Source: Thermoplasmata archaeon
GTDB lineage: Archaea > Thermoplasmatota > Thermoplasmata > UBA10834
NCBI GenBank assembly: GCA_020696365.1
Contig: JAEHCM010000001.1
Coordinates: forward strand, 166,987 to 230,986
Direction of reading: 5' to 3'
DNA length: 64,000 nt
Shown: positions 18,604 through 29,403 of the stretch, piece by piece
How the letters are laid out: every line of letters begins with the position of its first letter
Numbering within the stretch: the stretch's first letter is position 1
The notes under the pieces: model-generated
The model's database searches: none
The model's input: only the letters and a program-made list of their open reading frames with translations
Told to the model about the DNA's origin: nothing
Made by a program: the position numbers and the translations under genes

Positions 18604-19379
18604 ATATCCAGATGGAAGGTCTCCTCAAGGTGTTCAGAAAGGACGACCGGGAGATCGTCGCACTGAAAGATTTCAATCTTCAAGTGGACGATGGCGAGCT
18701 CGTCTGTCTTCTCGGTCCATCGGGCTGTGGCAAGACTACAGTGCTGAGAATTGTAGCGGGGCTTGAGCCGAAGAGCGGAGGGCGCGTATCCGTAAGTGGT
18801 GAGGAGGTCTCCGGTGCGGGACCGAACAGAGGGGTCGTCTTCCAAGAGTTCGCGCTCTTCCCGTGGCGAACCGTCAGAAAGAACATAGAATTCGGCCTTG
18901 AAGTGAAGGGGATTCCTCCCTGCGAAAAGGAGGCAGTATCGTCAAGATATATCGACCTGGTAAACCTCGAAGGGTTTGAAAACGTCCATCCCCAACAGTT
19001 GTCTGGTGGGATGAAGCAGCGTGTCGGGATAGCCCGTGCATTGGCGAACGACCCCGCTGTCTTGCTCATGGACGAGCCGTTCGGTGCGCTTGACGCGCAA
19101 ACGAGGAACCTGATGCAGAAGGAGCTGTTGAGGATTTGGTCCGCCACCGAGAAGACAATTCTGTTCGTCACCCACTCCGTCGACGAGGCGGTTTTCCTCG
19201 CCGACAGGATCGTCGTGATGACCGCCCGCCCGGGCAAGGTGAAGGAGATCATACCAATACCTATCCCACGCCCTCGCGACCGGACATCCCCGGAGTTCAT
19301 TTCCGTCAGAGGCGAGGTACTATCCGTTCTGGAGACGGAGTTTGAGAAGACCATGGCCCAGGAATTGTCAGGTGACTGA
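18585..19379 (+). CDS. NitT/TauT-family ABC ATP-binding protein
   Basis: GPSGCGKT, LSGGMKQR, MDEPFGALD and VTHSVDEA motifs; SD AGGAGGT. Confidence 0.95.
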   Translation: MDGDEVNIQMEGLLKVFRKDDREIVALKDFNLQVDDGELVCLLGPSGCGKTTVLRIVAGLEPKSGGRVSVSGEEVSGAGPNRGVVFQEFALFPWRTVRKNIEFGLEVKGIPPCEKEAVSSRYIDLVNLEGFENVHPQQLSGGMKQRVGIARALANDPAVLLMDEPFGALDAQTRNLMQKELLRIWSATEKTILFVTHSVDEAVFLADRIVVMTARPGKVKEIIPIPIPRPRDRTSPEFISVRGEVLSVLETEFEKTMAQELSGD

Positions 19380-19423
19380 TTACATGACAAGGCTTAATTC
19401 TTAAAGACTCGATGCGGAAACAC

Positions 19424-19903
19424 ATGAGCTTCGAGCTAAATGTCGTGAGCAACACGCCTCTCACGCCACTGAGTGACAAGGCGGAAGTCGCGATACTCTT
19501 CCTCAATCAGGTAGGTTACTTCCCGAAGGGATACGATCCGAAGACGGATGCAACGGATATCAGGGACAGCGTCCCATACAGGCTCATCATCGACCATTTC
19601 CTCACCAGGCCGGAGAAGGCATGGGTGGTGGAGGATCTGGCAATCGCGCTGGGAACCACGAAGACGACCGTGTACCGTCACATCAACAAGCTGAAGGGTT
19701 TCGATATCCTTGAGGAGATCGGCGTAGAGAGGCCCGACGGCTCATCTAAGAAAGGTTACAGGGTGAGATACGGTGACCTGAGCAAGGCCTGGAACTTCAC
19801 CGAAGCGCACGTCCAGGTCGCGATGGAGAACTACAGGAAGACGGTCGACCATCTGCAGGAGCTCGTCCGGAAGAAGGGTGATAAACATGCCAAGAAAAGA
19901 TGA
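19424..19903 (+). CDS. winged-helix protein
   Basis: VEDLAIALGTTKTTVYRHINKLKGFDILE; TATA-like TTAATTCTTAAA upstream. Confidence 0.8.
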   Translation: MSFELNVVSNTPLTPLSDKAEVAILFLNQVGYFPKGYDPKTDATDIRDSVPYRLIIDHFLTRPEKAWVVEDLAIALGTTKTTVYRHINKLKGFDILEEIGVERPDGSSKKGYRVRYGDLSKAWNFTEAHVQVAMENYRKTVDHLQELVRKKGDKHAKKR

Positions 19904-20171
19904 TGCGATCGCCTTGACTGAGGGGTCTCAGTACAGGGTGAAGAGCCTCGAGGCTAGAGACAAGCCGATGGAGACCATCGGCATATTCAAGGGCTATGCA
20001 GCCGTGGCGCACGACACCGCCATAGTCATGGAGCTTGAGAAGCCGCTGGGGGACAGGAAGGCGATGCTGCGCCTCATCCCATCCCACATGATCATCTCGA
20101 TAGATATCCTCAAAGCCAAGGAAGAGAAGAAGGACAAGGAGCAGGATGGGGAGGCCGCATACTTCGGCTGA
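19887..20171 (+). CDS. hypothetical small beta-rich protein (Sm/SH3-like pattern)
   Basis: SD GGGTGA, overlaps the upstream gene, G.FKGY...LRLIP..MI.SIDIL pattern. The fold is a guess. Confidence 0.6.
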   Translation: MPRKDDAIALTEGSQYRVKSLEARDKPMETIGIFKGYAAVAHDTAIVMELEKPLGDRKAMLRLIPSHMIISIDILKAKEEKKDKEQDGEAAYFG

Positions 20172-20184
20172 CTCGGTATGTGGC

Positions 20185-20478
20185 ATGAAAATTAAGATGA
20201 ACCCCCTCGAGATCCGAGTGGTGAGGCTTCTCAAGGAGCGGTATCCCATCACCGTCGATGAGCTCCGGGACGAGCTGGTGGTCAGGCCGGATACCCTCAT
20301 GCGCGCGCTGAAGTCGCTCGTGGTCAAGCAAGTGGTCGCTCTCGAGCCGCTCACAGACATGGTCTATATACGTCTGCTCACACCTGACATCGATGTCGAA
20401 GGCGGGAGACGTAGCCGGGACACTGCCGAGAATGCGAAGCCTTGTGACCACGACGATGATTCATTCACATACATGTGA
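20185..20478 (+). CDS. small winged-helix protein
   Basis: LLKERYPITVDELRDEL...LMRALKSLVVKQVV followed by a wing. Confidence 0.7.
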   Translation: MKIKMNPLEIRVVRLLKERYPITVDELRDELVVRPDTLMRALKSLVVKQVVALEPLTDMVYIRLLTPDIDVEGGRRSRDTAENAKPCDHDDDSFTYM

Positions 20479-20497
20479 CGATACATGGGGGATTTCC

Positions 20498-22096
20498 TTG
20501 AATCTGACACAGATCGGCTCGGATGCAATCCCTTCGGCCTATCTGGATGAGTTCATTGGCATGCTCGCCCGTGGGGAGATATCTGATAGGGGCATGGTCC
20601 TGAGGACCAAGGCCGCCCTCTGCAAGAAGCACGGGCTCGCCCGTGTTCCGGCCAATTACGAGATCCTGGAGCACGTGCCGGCCGATCTGAGGGACGATGT
20701 AGAACACCTTCTGAGGAACAAGCCCGTGAGAACCCTGAGCGGCGTAGCCCCCGTTGCGGTGATGACCAGCCCGTCCGACTGCCCTCATGGCCGATGCCTG
20801 TATTGTCCGGGCGGTGTGACGAACAACAGCCCTCAGTCATACACTGGGAGGGAGCCTGCCGCGTTGAGGGGTGCGATGTACGAGTACGATCCCTTCCTGC
20901 AGACCAGGGCCCGACTGAAGCAGCTGAAGGCGATCGGCCACAGGACGGACAAGGTGGACCTCATCATCATGGGTGGGACATTCACCGCGCGTCCGATGGA
21001 GTATCGAACCTGGTTCGTCAAGCGATGCTTCGACGCGATGAACGGTTGCGAATCGGAAGACCTAGAATCATCCCATGCCGTGAACGAGAGCGCCCCGTCG
21101 CGATGCGTGGGGCTCACGGTCGAGACCCGACCCGATTGGTTTGGACCTGAGCAGATTTCCGATTCCATGAACCTTGGGGCGACAAAGGTCGAACTGGGCG
21201 TTCAGGTCCTCGACGACAGGATACTCGATGGTGTGAAGCGCGGGCACCATGTCGAGCATGTCGTGGCGGCTACGAGGCATGCGCGCGAGGCCGGACTCAA
21301 GATATGCTACCACCTGATGCCTGGACTGCCTGGCAGTGGCTACGACGACGATATGCGTTCCTTCGCCATGATGCTCGAGGACGAACGGTTCAAGCCAGAC
21401 ATGCTGAAGATATATCCTACTCTGGTCGTGGCGGGTACGGAGCTGCACGAGATGTGGAAGAGGGGCGAATACGTGCCCTTGTCCCTTGAGGCGGCGACCC
21501 GGCTCGTGGCTGACATGAAGAGGCGTGTTCCTCCATGGATGAGGATTCTGAGGGTGCAGAGAGACATCCCAGTGCAACTTATCGAGGCAGGGGTGAGGAA
21601 GAGTCACCTCCGTGAGCTGGTGGCGGAGGAGTTGTCGGCGGCCGGCGAGTCATGCAAGTGCATTCGATGCAGGGAAGTCGGGCACGCAAGAATGAGCGCC
21701 GACGACGCGGAATCGGAAGACACGGCGTTCAATGAGCTTTCTTATCGGGCCGCAGGTGGGACGGAGTATTTCGTCAGTTGCACCATATCGGGGACGTCGA
21801 TTCTCATCGGATATGCGAGGCTCAGATGTCCCGACGGGTCATCGCCCTCCGCTGCCATGATTCGGGAGCTCCATGTCTACGGTCAGATGGTTCCGATAGA
21901 TGAGTCGACGAAGAAGGGTCGTTGGCAGCACAGGGGCATCGGCGAAGAGCTGATATCGCACTGTGAGGAGAGAGCGTCCGCCGTTGGGTTATCTTCTATG
22001 AGAATCACGAGCGGTGTGGGTGTCAGGGAGTACTACAGGCGTCTGGGTTACGAACGGACGGGGATGTACATGACGAAACCGCTCCTCTGGGGCTGA
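20498..22096 (+). CDS. elp3: tRNA uridine(34) acetyltransferase, radical SAM + GNAT
   Basis: RTLSGVAPVAVM, CPHGRCLYCPGG, GGTF, ETRPD, RELHVYG, QHRGIG and SGVGVREYY motifs. Confidence 0.96.
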   Translation: MNLTQIGSDAIPSAYLDEFIGMLARGEISDRGMVLRTKAALCKKHGLARVPANYEILEHVPADLRDDVEHLLRNKPVRTLSGVAPVAVMTSPSDCPHGRCLYCPGGVTNNSPQSYTGREPAALRGAMYEYDPFLQTRARLKQLKAIGHRTDKVDLIIMGGTFTARPMEYRTWFVKRCFDAMNGCESEDLESSHAVNESAPSRCVGLTVETRPDWFGPEQISDSMNLGATKVELGVQVLDDRILDGVKRGHHVEHVVAATRHAREAGLKICYHLMPGLPGSGYDDDMRSFAMMLEDERFKPDMLKIYPTLVVAGTELHEMWKRGEYVPLSLEAATRLVADMKRRVPPWMRILRVQRDIPVQLIEAGVRKSHLRELVAEELSAAGESCKCIRCREVGHARMSADDAESEDTAFNELSYRAAGGTEYFVSCTISGTSILIGYARLRCPDGSSPSAAMIRELHVYGQMVPIDESTKKGRWQHRGIGEELISHCEERASAVGLSSMRITSGVGVREYYRRLGYERTGMYMTKPLLWG

Positions 22097-22157
22097 ACCA
22101 GCGACGTTATGATTATATCAAATAACCCTTATCAGTTTCGATCGGAGGAGACGCCGG

Positions 22158-24038
22158 GTGCCCTGCCTTAAATGCGAACAATCCTGTGATGAGAGCACGC
22201 TTATCTGTGACGAGTGTGCCGATTCGTGCTTGGGGGAGGCGCGATTCTTCCTCAGCCCGGTTCTGATAGGCCCGAGCCTCTACGCACGTCTTAGGTCGGA
22301 AGGGTCCCTCGCCTGCCTGCTCGGCCCCGTCGCTGACGGAGAGGTCGTGCTGATGACGTCGACAGACATTCGGAGGACACTGCAGGAGGCGATTCCAGAG
22401 GGTATGTCTGACGACGAAGCCAAGGCATTCCTGGACCTCTGTAACGAGACGCTCGCCCACATGGGCGTGCCTCTGAAGTTCCATCCCTCCGCGATGCTGT
22501 TGACCACGGATGCAGCGGAGACGACGATGGCGGTTCGGATTAAGGCCGAGGCCGTGCTAGCTGGCCATGGAACTGCCGCAGTCAGTGACCTTAACTTGCG
22601 AATGGGCGTCGTGTACTGGAGTGCCCTGCGCGGCGTACTCTTGAGAGCCGCCAGCAAGAAGTGGAGGGAGGCTAAGCGGGCCGAACTGGTCTCCAAGGCG
22701 AAGGCGTACTTCTCGAAGGTCGACGAACGCGACGACCTGTTTTCCATCGCGTCCTGGAACCTGGGCATGCTGTGCTCTGAAGCTGGCGAGTGGGAGGCTG
22801 CACGGGAGCATCTGGAGCGGACGTTGAAACACTTTCCTAACGACCAGGAAGTCGCAGAGACACTCGCGATGGCGGACCTGCAGCTGGGAAATCAGATGGA
22901 CGCGCTGGCTAGGGTCGACGAGATACTCGTACAGTCTCCCTCGCCAGGCCTCTGGTCGCTCAAGGGCAGGATCCTTCTTAGCCTGGCCAAGAAGGAGGAG
23001 GCGCTCGAGTGCTTCGGCCAGGCGATATCCTCAGACCCGTGCATGATCGATGCGCACAACCTACTGATTGCCACACTTCGGTCCATGGGCAGAGATGAGG
23101 AAGCCTCGCTTGCTGAGCAGCAGAAGGCTCTGTCCAGAAGGGTCGATCTCGAGGAGAATATTTTCGAGGTCGTGGGCGAACTGACGAAGGTTTCTTCCCA
23201 ACCAGCTCTCGGTCGCCCCAGAATCCGCCAGCTTGCGAAGGCCAGAGATGAGGTCGTGGAGGAACCCGCGGAACCAGTCACTCAGCTCGATCTCGCACTC
23301 GCAGCGTTCGAGACTAAGGATTATGACATGGCTATACAGCGTGCACAGCACATTGTCGACAGCGACCCCGATTCGCGAGAGGCGAACCTCATCCTGATTG
23401 AAGCGTATGTGGCGAGTGGAGATATCCCGCAGGCATCATCAAGAGTGCATTCCTTCTACGAGCGTCACAGGAACGACCCGCACGCTTGGTACTGGCGAGG
23501 AGTGGTCGCCGACAGAGAAGGCAAATGGGGAGCGGCCGTGCAGTACTTCAGCAAGGCAGTGACGCTGGACCCCGAGCTGGCCGACGCATGGGCTGCCATG
23601 GGGTCCTCGCTGCTTGAGAACGACAAATACAACGGCGCGGACGAGAGTTTCTCACGTGCACTACAGGTCGACCCTGGTAATGAGCGGGCATGGTTTGGAA
23701 AGGGCAGGACGATGCGTGCGCTCGGCAGGTGGGGTGCTGCCATTCAGTGCCTGGACAAGTACAACTCGCTGGTTCCGAACGACAAGGATGCATGGCTTCT
23801 CAAGGGGGATATCCTCTTCGACAAGGAGAAGTACAGGCGCGCTATCGACGCTTACAACAAGTACATCGAGCTCCATCAAGCAGATTCGTACGCCCTGGGA
23901 AAGAAGGGGATCGCGTTCAACATGCTCGGCATGTTCGATGATGCCATCACGTGCCTCGAAGAGAGCGTCCGCCTCGACCCGTCGAACAGAGACGCGGTCA
24001 AATGGCTCGACACGCTGCGCGACGGGGGGTCGATCTGA
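22158..24038 (+). CDS. TPR-repeat protein with N-terminal Zn-ribbon (CxxC-x10-CxxC)
   Basis: CLKC...CDEC; many W..KG...A...F..A...DP TPR units. Confidence 0.85.
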   Translation: MPCLKCEQSCDESTLICDECADSCLGEARFFLSPVLIGPSLYARLRSEGSLACLLGPVADGEVVLMTSTDIRRTLQEAIPEGMSDDEAKAFLDLCNETLAHMGVPLKFHPSAMLLTTDAAETTMAVRIKAEAVLAGHGTAAVSDLNLRMGVVYWSALRGVLLRAASKKWREAKRAELVSKAKAYFSKVDERDDLFSIASWNLGMLCSEAGEWEAAREHLERTLKHFPNDQEVAETLAMADLQLGNQMDALARVDEILVQSPSPGLWSLKGRILLSLAKKEEALECFGQAISSDPCMIDAHNLLIATLRSMGRDEEASLAEQQKALSRRVDLEENIFEVVGELTKVSSQPALGRPRIRQLAKARDEVVEEPAEPVTQLDLALAAFETKDYDMAIQRAQHIVDSDPDSREANLILIEAYVASGDIPQASSRVHSFYERHRNDPHAWYWRGVVADREGKWGAAVQYFSKAVTLDPELADAWAAMGSSLLENDKYNGADESFSRALQVDPGNERAWFGKGRTMRALGRWGAAIQCLDKYNSLVPNDKDAWLLKGDILFDKEKYRRAIDAYNKYIELHQADSYALGKKGIAFNMLGMFDDAITCLEESVRLDPSNRDAVKWLDTLRDGGSI

Positions 24039-26647
24039 TGGTCGAACTCGACAAGATTCTCAGCGAGCGGTCCGACGAGAGGATAATCTCGGCCCTTCAC
24101 GCGGTGTCGGAGTACGACTTCAAGAAGTACGTCGAGCGCGTGCTCGGGTATCTGGGCCTGAAGGTGGCTCGGAGCCGTGTCCGTGCAGATTTCATCATAG
24201 CCGACTGCGTCCACAGACCAGACGATGCGAAGTACGTCGTCTTCTTCTCAAGGCGCGACGAGGGCGTCTCCAAGCAGTCTCTAGTCAGTCTGATAGGATA
24301 CATGAAGCGGGTAGAGGCCCGGAACGGGCTTGTGCTCTCGACGTCGTCGATACTGCCCGCCGCCGTGAAAGCAGCAGAGGCGAACAACGTAGGCGTCGCT
24401 GACGGGCCGAAGCTCGCAGCACTGATACGCAGGTTCGACCTAGACCACGACCTCATCCACGAAGCGGACATTGCGAAGGAACGTGGCAGGCATGCGTCCG
24501 TCGCAGGCCTCGATGGGACCGTTGCGAAGATGATGGCTGAAGGACACGAAGCCCTTTCCAGCAGAGATTATGTGAATGCCCTCGAGTGCTTCGATCAGGC
24601 GATTCTGCTCCATGAGGGGTACGATGTTGCCTGGAGGGTGAAGGCGATCGTATTGGATGAGATGGGATTCCACGAACAGGCCCTCGAGTGCTTCAAGCGC
24701 GCTATCGACATGAATCCCGACAGCGACGAAACGTGGTTCGCCCTAGGCAACTGTCTGTACTCACTGTCGAGTCACGATGACGAGCTTAGGTGCTACGACA
24801 GGGCGCTGGAGATCAACCCACTACACACGAAGGCACTCGTGAACAAGGGATACGCCCTTCATAGGCTCGGCCGGTACCGGGAGGCACTCGACGCATACGA
24901 CGCGGTGCTGAAGAGGAGCTACCGATTGGAGAAGGTGCACAACAACAGAGGGGTGACCCTCCATAAGCTGGGCAGGAACGAGGAGGCGCTGGAATCCTAT
25001 GCCCGCGCGATAGCCCTCAGACAGGAGTATTCCGAGGCCTGGCTCAACAAGGGCAATCTATTGCACGAGCTCGGAAAGGACGATGAGGCGTTCGAGGCGT
25101 TCATTCACCTGACGGATCTAAGGCCCGACTCCGCGACGGCCTGGTATCTCAGAGGCGTGGTCGCTGCGGCGCTCGGACGAAAGTCGCAGGCCAAGAAATC
25201 TCTGGAGGAGAGCCTGAGACTTGATCCTGACGGCTCGCAGTCGAAACAGATGCTGGAGGACATCAAGGGTGGCGACGAGGAACCGATCGTAGATCCCCTT
25301 CGCCTTATGGAGGGGTTATTCTCGCCGGAGCCAGAGGTCGAAGCCGAGGCGTCCGTCGAGATCGAGCCCCCTTCGCACCCCGAGACCGACGTCGACTTAG
25401 GGGTTCAAGAAGAGTCCGTTGAGCAGCTGGCCGAGGAACTCTACGGGGACAGGGCGGAGTTCCTACTTCTTCTCGGAAGACTCGATGAAGCTTATGACTT
25501 GATCGGGAAGTCCTTGCGCCTGGAGGGTGACAATTCGAGGCTCCTGACTGCTGCCGGGAACGTTCTCTTCAGACAGGGCAAGTTCGAGGCTGCGATTAGA
25601 ACCTACGAGCATGCGTACGCGGTCGACCCAAGACACGCGCCGGCCATCTACAATCTGCACATGGCGCTCATGGTGGCGGGTGAGGCTGACCTTGCGCTGA
25701 AGATGAGCGAGTCGCTGAGGGAGCTGGGGGGCGGTTGGCAAGAACGGGCAACATCCGCGTTGGAGGCGCAGAAGAGGAAAGACTATCGGCAGGCGATCGA
25801 GGACATCGAGACCGCCCTGGCATCTGCGAACTTGGCCATGCTAGTCAACTACAAGGGCGTCCTGCAGCTCCTATCGCACGACACTGACGGTGCTTTGGAG
25901 ACCTTCGGCAGGCTGATATCGTCGACTTTCGACCCGTCGGAGGCACATAACAACCTGGGGGTCGCCAATCTCTGGAAGGGCAACCTGGGGGGCGCCGTCT
26001 CCGAGTTCGACAAGGCGGTCAGAATGAAGAAGAACAACCCAACCGCATGGAACAACAGGGGATGTATATTGTACAGGGAGGAGCGGTTGCGGGAGGCGGT
26101 CGCTTGCTTCGAGGAATCACTCGTCATCAACCCGACTGCGGCGGCCATGACGAACAAAGGATTCAGCCAACTCTCTCTCGATATGCTCGAGGAAGCTACC
26201 GTCACATTCGAACAATCCATCAAGATACTGGAGACACCCGAGGCATACAACAACAAAGGGATAGCTCTCAGGAGGCAGGGAAGGCTCGACGAGGCGATCA
26301 CCGCGTTCAGAGAGGCCCTCAGGATCGCGCCTCAGTTCGAGGACACGAGCACGAACCTCCGTGAGGCGCTCGCCCGCCAGTCCACCAATACGAAGGTGAA
26401 GGCCGAGACCGAGAGTGCGGAGATACCTTCGCCCCCTTCGCCGGACACGGACGACGAGGAGGCCGGCAAATCCGACCGTCTGGAGTTGCTGCGACACGAG
26501 ACGGAGGGCACGCTGAAGGAGATGAGAAAGGCGGAGCTGGAGGCCATATGCATCGCCGTCAGCGTCAGCTCGAAAGGGACGAAGAAAGAACTGACATCAA
26601 GGATTCTCAGGGAGAGGCGACGCCTGCTTAGACAGAGAAGACGATAA
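24038..26647 (+). CDS. degenerate Mrr-like domain + TPR repeats + SAP-like C-terminal domain
   Basis: DFKKYVERVLGYLG...GLVLSTSS...AEANNV..ADG.KL..LIRR; TPR arrays; LKEMRKAELEAIC...SSKGTKKELTSRIL. Confidence 0.8.
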   Translation: MVELDKILSERSDERIISALHAVSEYDFKKYVERVLGYLGLKVARSRVRADFIIADCVHRPDDAKYVVFFSRRDEGVSKQSLVSLIGYMKRVEARNGLVLSTSSILPAAVKAAEANNVGVADGPKLAALIRRFDLDHDLIHEADIAKERGRHASVAGLDGTVAKMMAEGHEALSSRDYVNALECFDQAILLHEGYDVAWRVKAIVLDEMGFHEQALECFKRAIDMNPDSDETWFALGNCLYSLSSHDDELRCYDRALEINPLHTKALVNKGYALHRLGRYREALDAYDAVLKRSYRLEKVHNNRGVTLHKLGRNEEALESYARAIALRQEYSEAWLNKGNLLHELGKDDEAFEAFIHLTDLRPDSATAWYLRGVVAAALGRKSQAKKSLEESLRLDPDGSQSKQMLEDIKGGDEEPIVDPLRLMEGLFSPEPEVEAEASVEIEPPSHPETDVDLGVQEESVEQLAEELYGDRAEFLLLLGRLDEAYDLIGKSLRLEGDNSRLLTAAGNVLFRQGKFEAAIRTYEHAYAVDPRHAPAIYNLHMALMVAGEADLALKMSESLRELGGGWQERATSALEAQKRKDYRQAIEDIETALASANLAMLVNYKGVLQLLSHDTDGALETFGRLISSTFDPSEAHNNLGVANLWKGNLGGAVSEFDKAVRMKKNNPTAWNNRGCILYREERLREAVACFEESLVINPTAAAMTNKGFSQLSLDMLEEATVTFEQSIKILETPEAYNNKGIALRRQGRLDEAITAFREALRIAPQFEDTSTNLREALARQSTNTKVKAETESAEIPSPPSPDTDDEEAGKSDRLELLRHETEGTLKEMRKAELEAICIAVSVSSKGTKKELTSRILRERRRLLRQRRR

Positions 26648-26677
26648 TGCGCATAACTCCCGGAGGCGCTGACCCGG

Positions 26678-26923
26678 TCAGGCGATGTTCATGACAACGA
26701 CGTCTCGGACAGCCCTCATCTCGCTGAACGGAAGCACCAGTCTGCCGTCGGAATCGGTCTTGAACAGCCGTGGCTCGACTTCCTCAGCCGGTATCACGAG
26801 GACGTTCTGAAGCTCGCCAGTCTTCGTATCTATGAGAAAATTCTCTATCATGCCGAGTATCTGGCCATCATTGGTCATCACGGTCTTGCCCTTCAGCTCG
26901 GTAATGAATTTACGCATTGTCAT
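26678..26923 (-). CDS. PRC-barrel domain protein
   Basis: ELKGKTVMTNDGQILG.IENFLIDTKTG...VRDVVVM. Confidence 0.9.
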   Translation of the reverse strand: MTMRKFITELKGKTVMTNDGQILGMIENFLIDTKTGELQNVLVIPAEEVEPRLFKTDSDGRLVLPFSEMRAVRDVVVMNIA

Positions 26924-26934
26924 CCCATCTCCAA

Positions 26935-29154
26935 CTACCTGTAGTAGCCAAGGGCGTTATCATCTTTGGCCCTCTTAGATATTGCGGTTACCATTTCCTT
27001 GGCCAGTGATTCATACAACTTTGCAGTTTCCTGGTCCGTTGAAGCTCTAACGAGCTTCAGCGCCTCCTCGAAGTTGCTCGAAGTGACCTTGTTCGCCCCC
27101 TTCTTGTGTCTGAGCGCGATGAGGCCCGCCTCTCGGCACAGGTTCTCGAGGTCGGCTCCGACGTATCCTTCGGTCTTCTCGGCGATCGTGTCGAGGTCGA
27201 CTCTTTCGAGCGGCATGTTGCGGGTGTGCACCTCCAGAATCTTCCGCCTGCTTGCAGTATCAGGCAACGGGATGAGGAGCAGTTTGTCGAATCTTCCTGG
27301 ACGCAGCAGCGCCTTGTCGAGGATGTCCGGACGGTTGGTCGCCGCTATCACGAACACGTTGTCCAGTGAGTCCATGCCGTCCATGGAGGTGAGGAGTTGA
27401 TTGACCACCCTCTCCGTCGCACCAGAGTCGTGATGGCTCCCGCGCTTGGGTGCGATCGCGTCGATTTCGTCCAGGAAGACGATCGATGGCGCGACCTGCT
27501 TCGCTTTCTTGAATATCATCCTGACGGCCTTCTCGCTCTCCCCGACCCACTTAGACATGATCTCCGGACCCTTGATGGAGATGAAGTTGGCTTTGGATTC
27601 GTTCGCTATAGCGCGCGCGACGAGCGTCTTCCCCGTTCCAGGCGCTCCGTACAGCAGTATCCCATTGGAGGGCTTGATCCCGAGCCTGATGAAGGAATCC
27701 GGGTCATCCAAAGGCAGCTCAATCGACTCACTCATCGCCTTCTTGACCTCTTCCAGGCCTCCGACGTCCTCCCAGGTCGCCTTCGGTATCTCGACGAAGA
27801 CCTCTCTCAACGCGCTCGGCTCGATCTCCCGCAGCGCATCCTGGAAGTCCTGCGCTGTCACGCGCATCTTCTCGAGTATCTCTGTCTGGATGGGCTTGCC
27901 GAACTCGATGTCCGGGAGGTATCTTCTCAGGGCGCGCATAGCGCTCTCACGCGCGAGCGCCGCCAGGTCGGCTCCGACGAAGCCGTGCGTGGTGTCCGAG
28001 ATGCGGTCCAGCTTCACGCCCTCGAGAGGCATTCCCCTGGTATGTATCATCAATATCTCAAGCCGGCCTTCGGAGGTCGGGGCGCCGATCTCTATCTCCC
28101 TGTCGAACCTGCCAGGCCGACGAAGCGCCGGGTCGACGGCATCTTCCCTGTTGGTCGCCGCGATGACGATGACATTCCCTCTGGATGTCAGTCCGTCCAT
28201 GAGCGTCAGGAGCTGGGCGACAACCCTTCGCTCGACCTCTCCCTGCACCTCGTCTCTCTTCGGTGCGATCGAGTCCAGTTCGTCTATGAATATCACAGAG
28301 GGGGCGTTCTTCTCGGCTTCGGAGAATATCTCTCGAAGGCGCTCCTCGCTCTGACCGTAGAACTTTGACATAATCTCAGGGCCTTGTATCGCGAAGAAGC
28401 TCGCTCCAGCCTCGTTGGCCACGGCTCGTGCGATCAGAGTCTTGCCAGTGCCCGGAGGTCCATAGAGCAAGATCCCCTTCGGAGGATCGATTCCAAGCCT
28501 GGAGAATATCTCAGGGTGCTTGAGTGGGAGCTCGATCATCTCCCTTATCCTCTGCAGCACCGCCTCCAACCCGCCGACGTCCTCGTAGGTCACAGATGGT
28601 CGTGTGAGCTCAGTCACCTCGATCGGTTCAGTCCTGACGGAGAGATCGGTGAACTCGCTTACCTGGACTATTCCGTTAGGCGTGGTGGAGGCGACGACGA
28701 ACGGGAGGAATCCTCCCATCAGCGCGATGTTCGGAATGATGATTTCGTCTCCTTTGACCACTGCGCGGTTCAGGAGGCCTTTCTTGAACAGTCCTTCCAC
28801 CCCCTGGCCGAATCTGACCCTCTTACCATGTGGTATCTTGGGAGCGACGATGATCTTCTTCGCAGGCTGCGCCTCCGCCTTCCTCACGACTACCTTCTCG
28901 CCGATTGAAATGCCAGCGTTTCCTCGGATCATTCCGTCGATCCTGATAACGCCCTTGCCCTCATCCTCATGGGCCGCTCTGAAGACCTTCGCTGCGGTCA
29001 TCTTCTTGCCCGTGACCTCTATGATCTCTCCGACATCGATCCTCAGAGTCTTCCTTGTCTCGGAATCGATTCTTGCCCGTCCAAGACCGACCTCCGATTG
29101 ATGATGAGCCCTCGCGACTTTCAACGTGACCGTGTTCGCAGCCTTCTTCGACAT
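26935..29154 (-). CDS. cdc48: Cdc48/VAT AAA+ ATPase
   Basis: N-domain, two Walker A/B sets, RRPGRFD and LRPGRFD, C-terminal YYR (HbYX). Confidence 0.96.
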   Translation of the reverse strand: MSKKAANTVTLKVARAHHQSEVGLGRARIDSETRKTLRIDVGEIIEVTGKKMTAAKVFRAAHEDEGKGVIRIDGMIRGNAGISIGEKVVVRKAEAQPAKKIIVAPKIPHGKRVRFGQGVEGLFKKGLLNRAVVKGDEIIIPNIALMGGFLPFVVASTTPNGIVQVSEFTDLSVRTEPIEVTELTRPSVTYEDVGGLEAVLQRIREMIELPLKHPEIFSRLGIDPPKGILLYGPPGTGKTLIARAVANEAGASFFAIQGPEIMSKFYGQSEERLREIFSEAEKNAPSVIFIDELDSIAPKRDEVQGEVERRVVAQLLTLMDGLTSRGNVIVIAATNREDAVDPALRRPGRFDREIEIGAPTSEGRLEILMIHTRGMPLEGVKLDRISDTTHGFVGADLAALARESAMRALRRYLPDIEFGKPIQTEILEKMRVTAQDFQDALREIEPSALREVFVEIPKATWEDVGGLEEVKKAMSESIELPLDDPDSFIRLGIKPSNGILLYGAPGTGKTLVARAIANESKANFISIKGPEIMSKWVGESEKAVRMIFKKAKQVAPSIVFLDEIDAIAPKRGSHHDSGATERVVNQLLTSMDGMDSLDNVFVIAATNRPDILDKALLRPGRFDKLLLIPLPDTASRRKILEVHTRNMPLERVDLDTIAEKTEGYVGADLENLCREAGLIALRHKKGANKVTSSNFEEALKLVRASTDQETAKLYESLAKEMVTAISKRAKDDNALGYYR

Positions 29155-29350
29155 TCGATGCGTAATCCTCCAGGCCGTGCAAAAAGCTTTGGGAAGCAGT
29201 GCGGGGTCAGCGGGGTAGCGAGTTGAGGTTCGAAATATCGCGACGGAAAATGCCCGTCATTCGTCACAGGAGATGCACACAATAGCACATGTGGACATTG
29301 CGCTCCCCCCGGTCCGTACGCGTGCAAGGCGCCTGGCTCATTCAGGGTTG

Positions 29351-29378
29351 GAGAGAAAGCATTAAAATGCCCCCTCTC
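29351..29378. promoter_or_regulatory. dyad overlapping the por operon TATA box
   Basis: GAGAG-N3-GCATT-N2-AATGC-N3-CTCTC centred on ATTAAAA. Confidence 0.45.
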
Positions 29379-29403
29379 ATTCGAATAGCAGCGAGGCTTT
29401 GGA

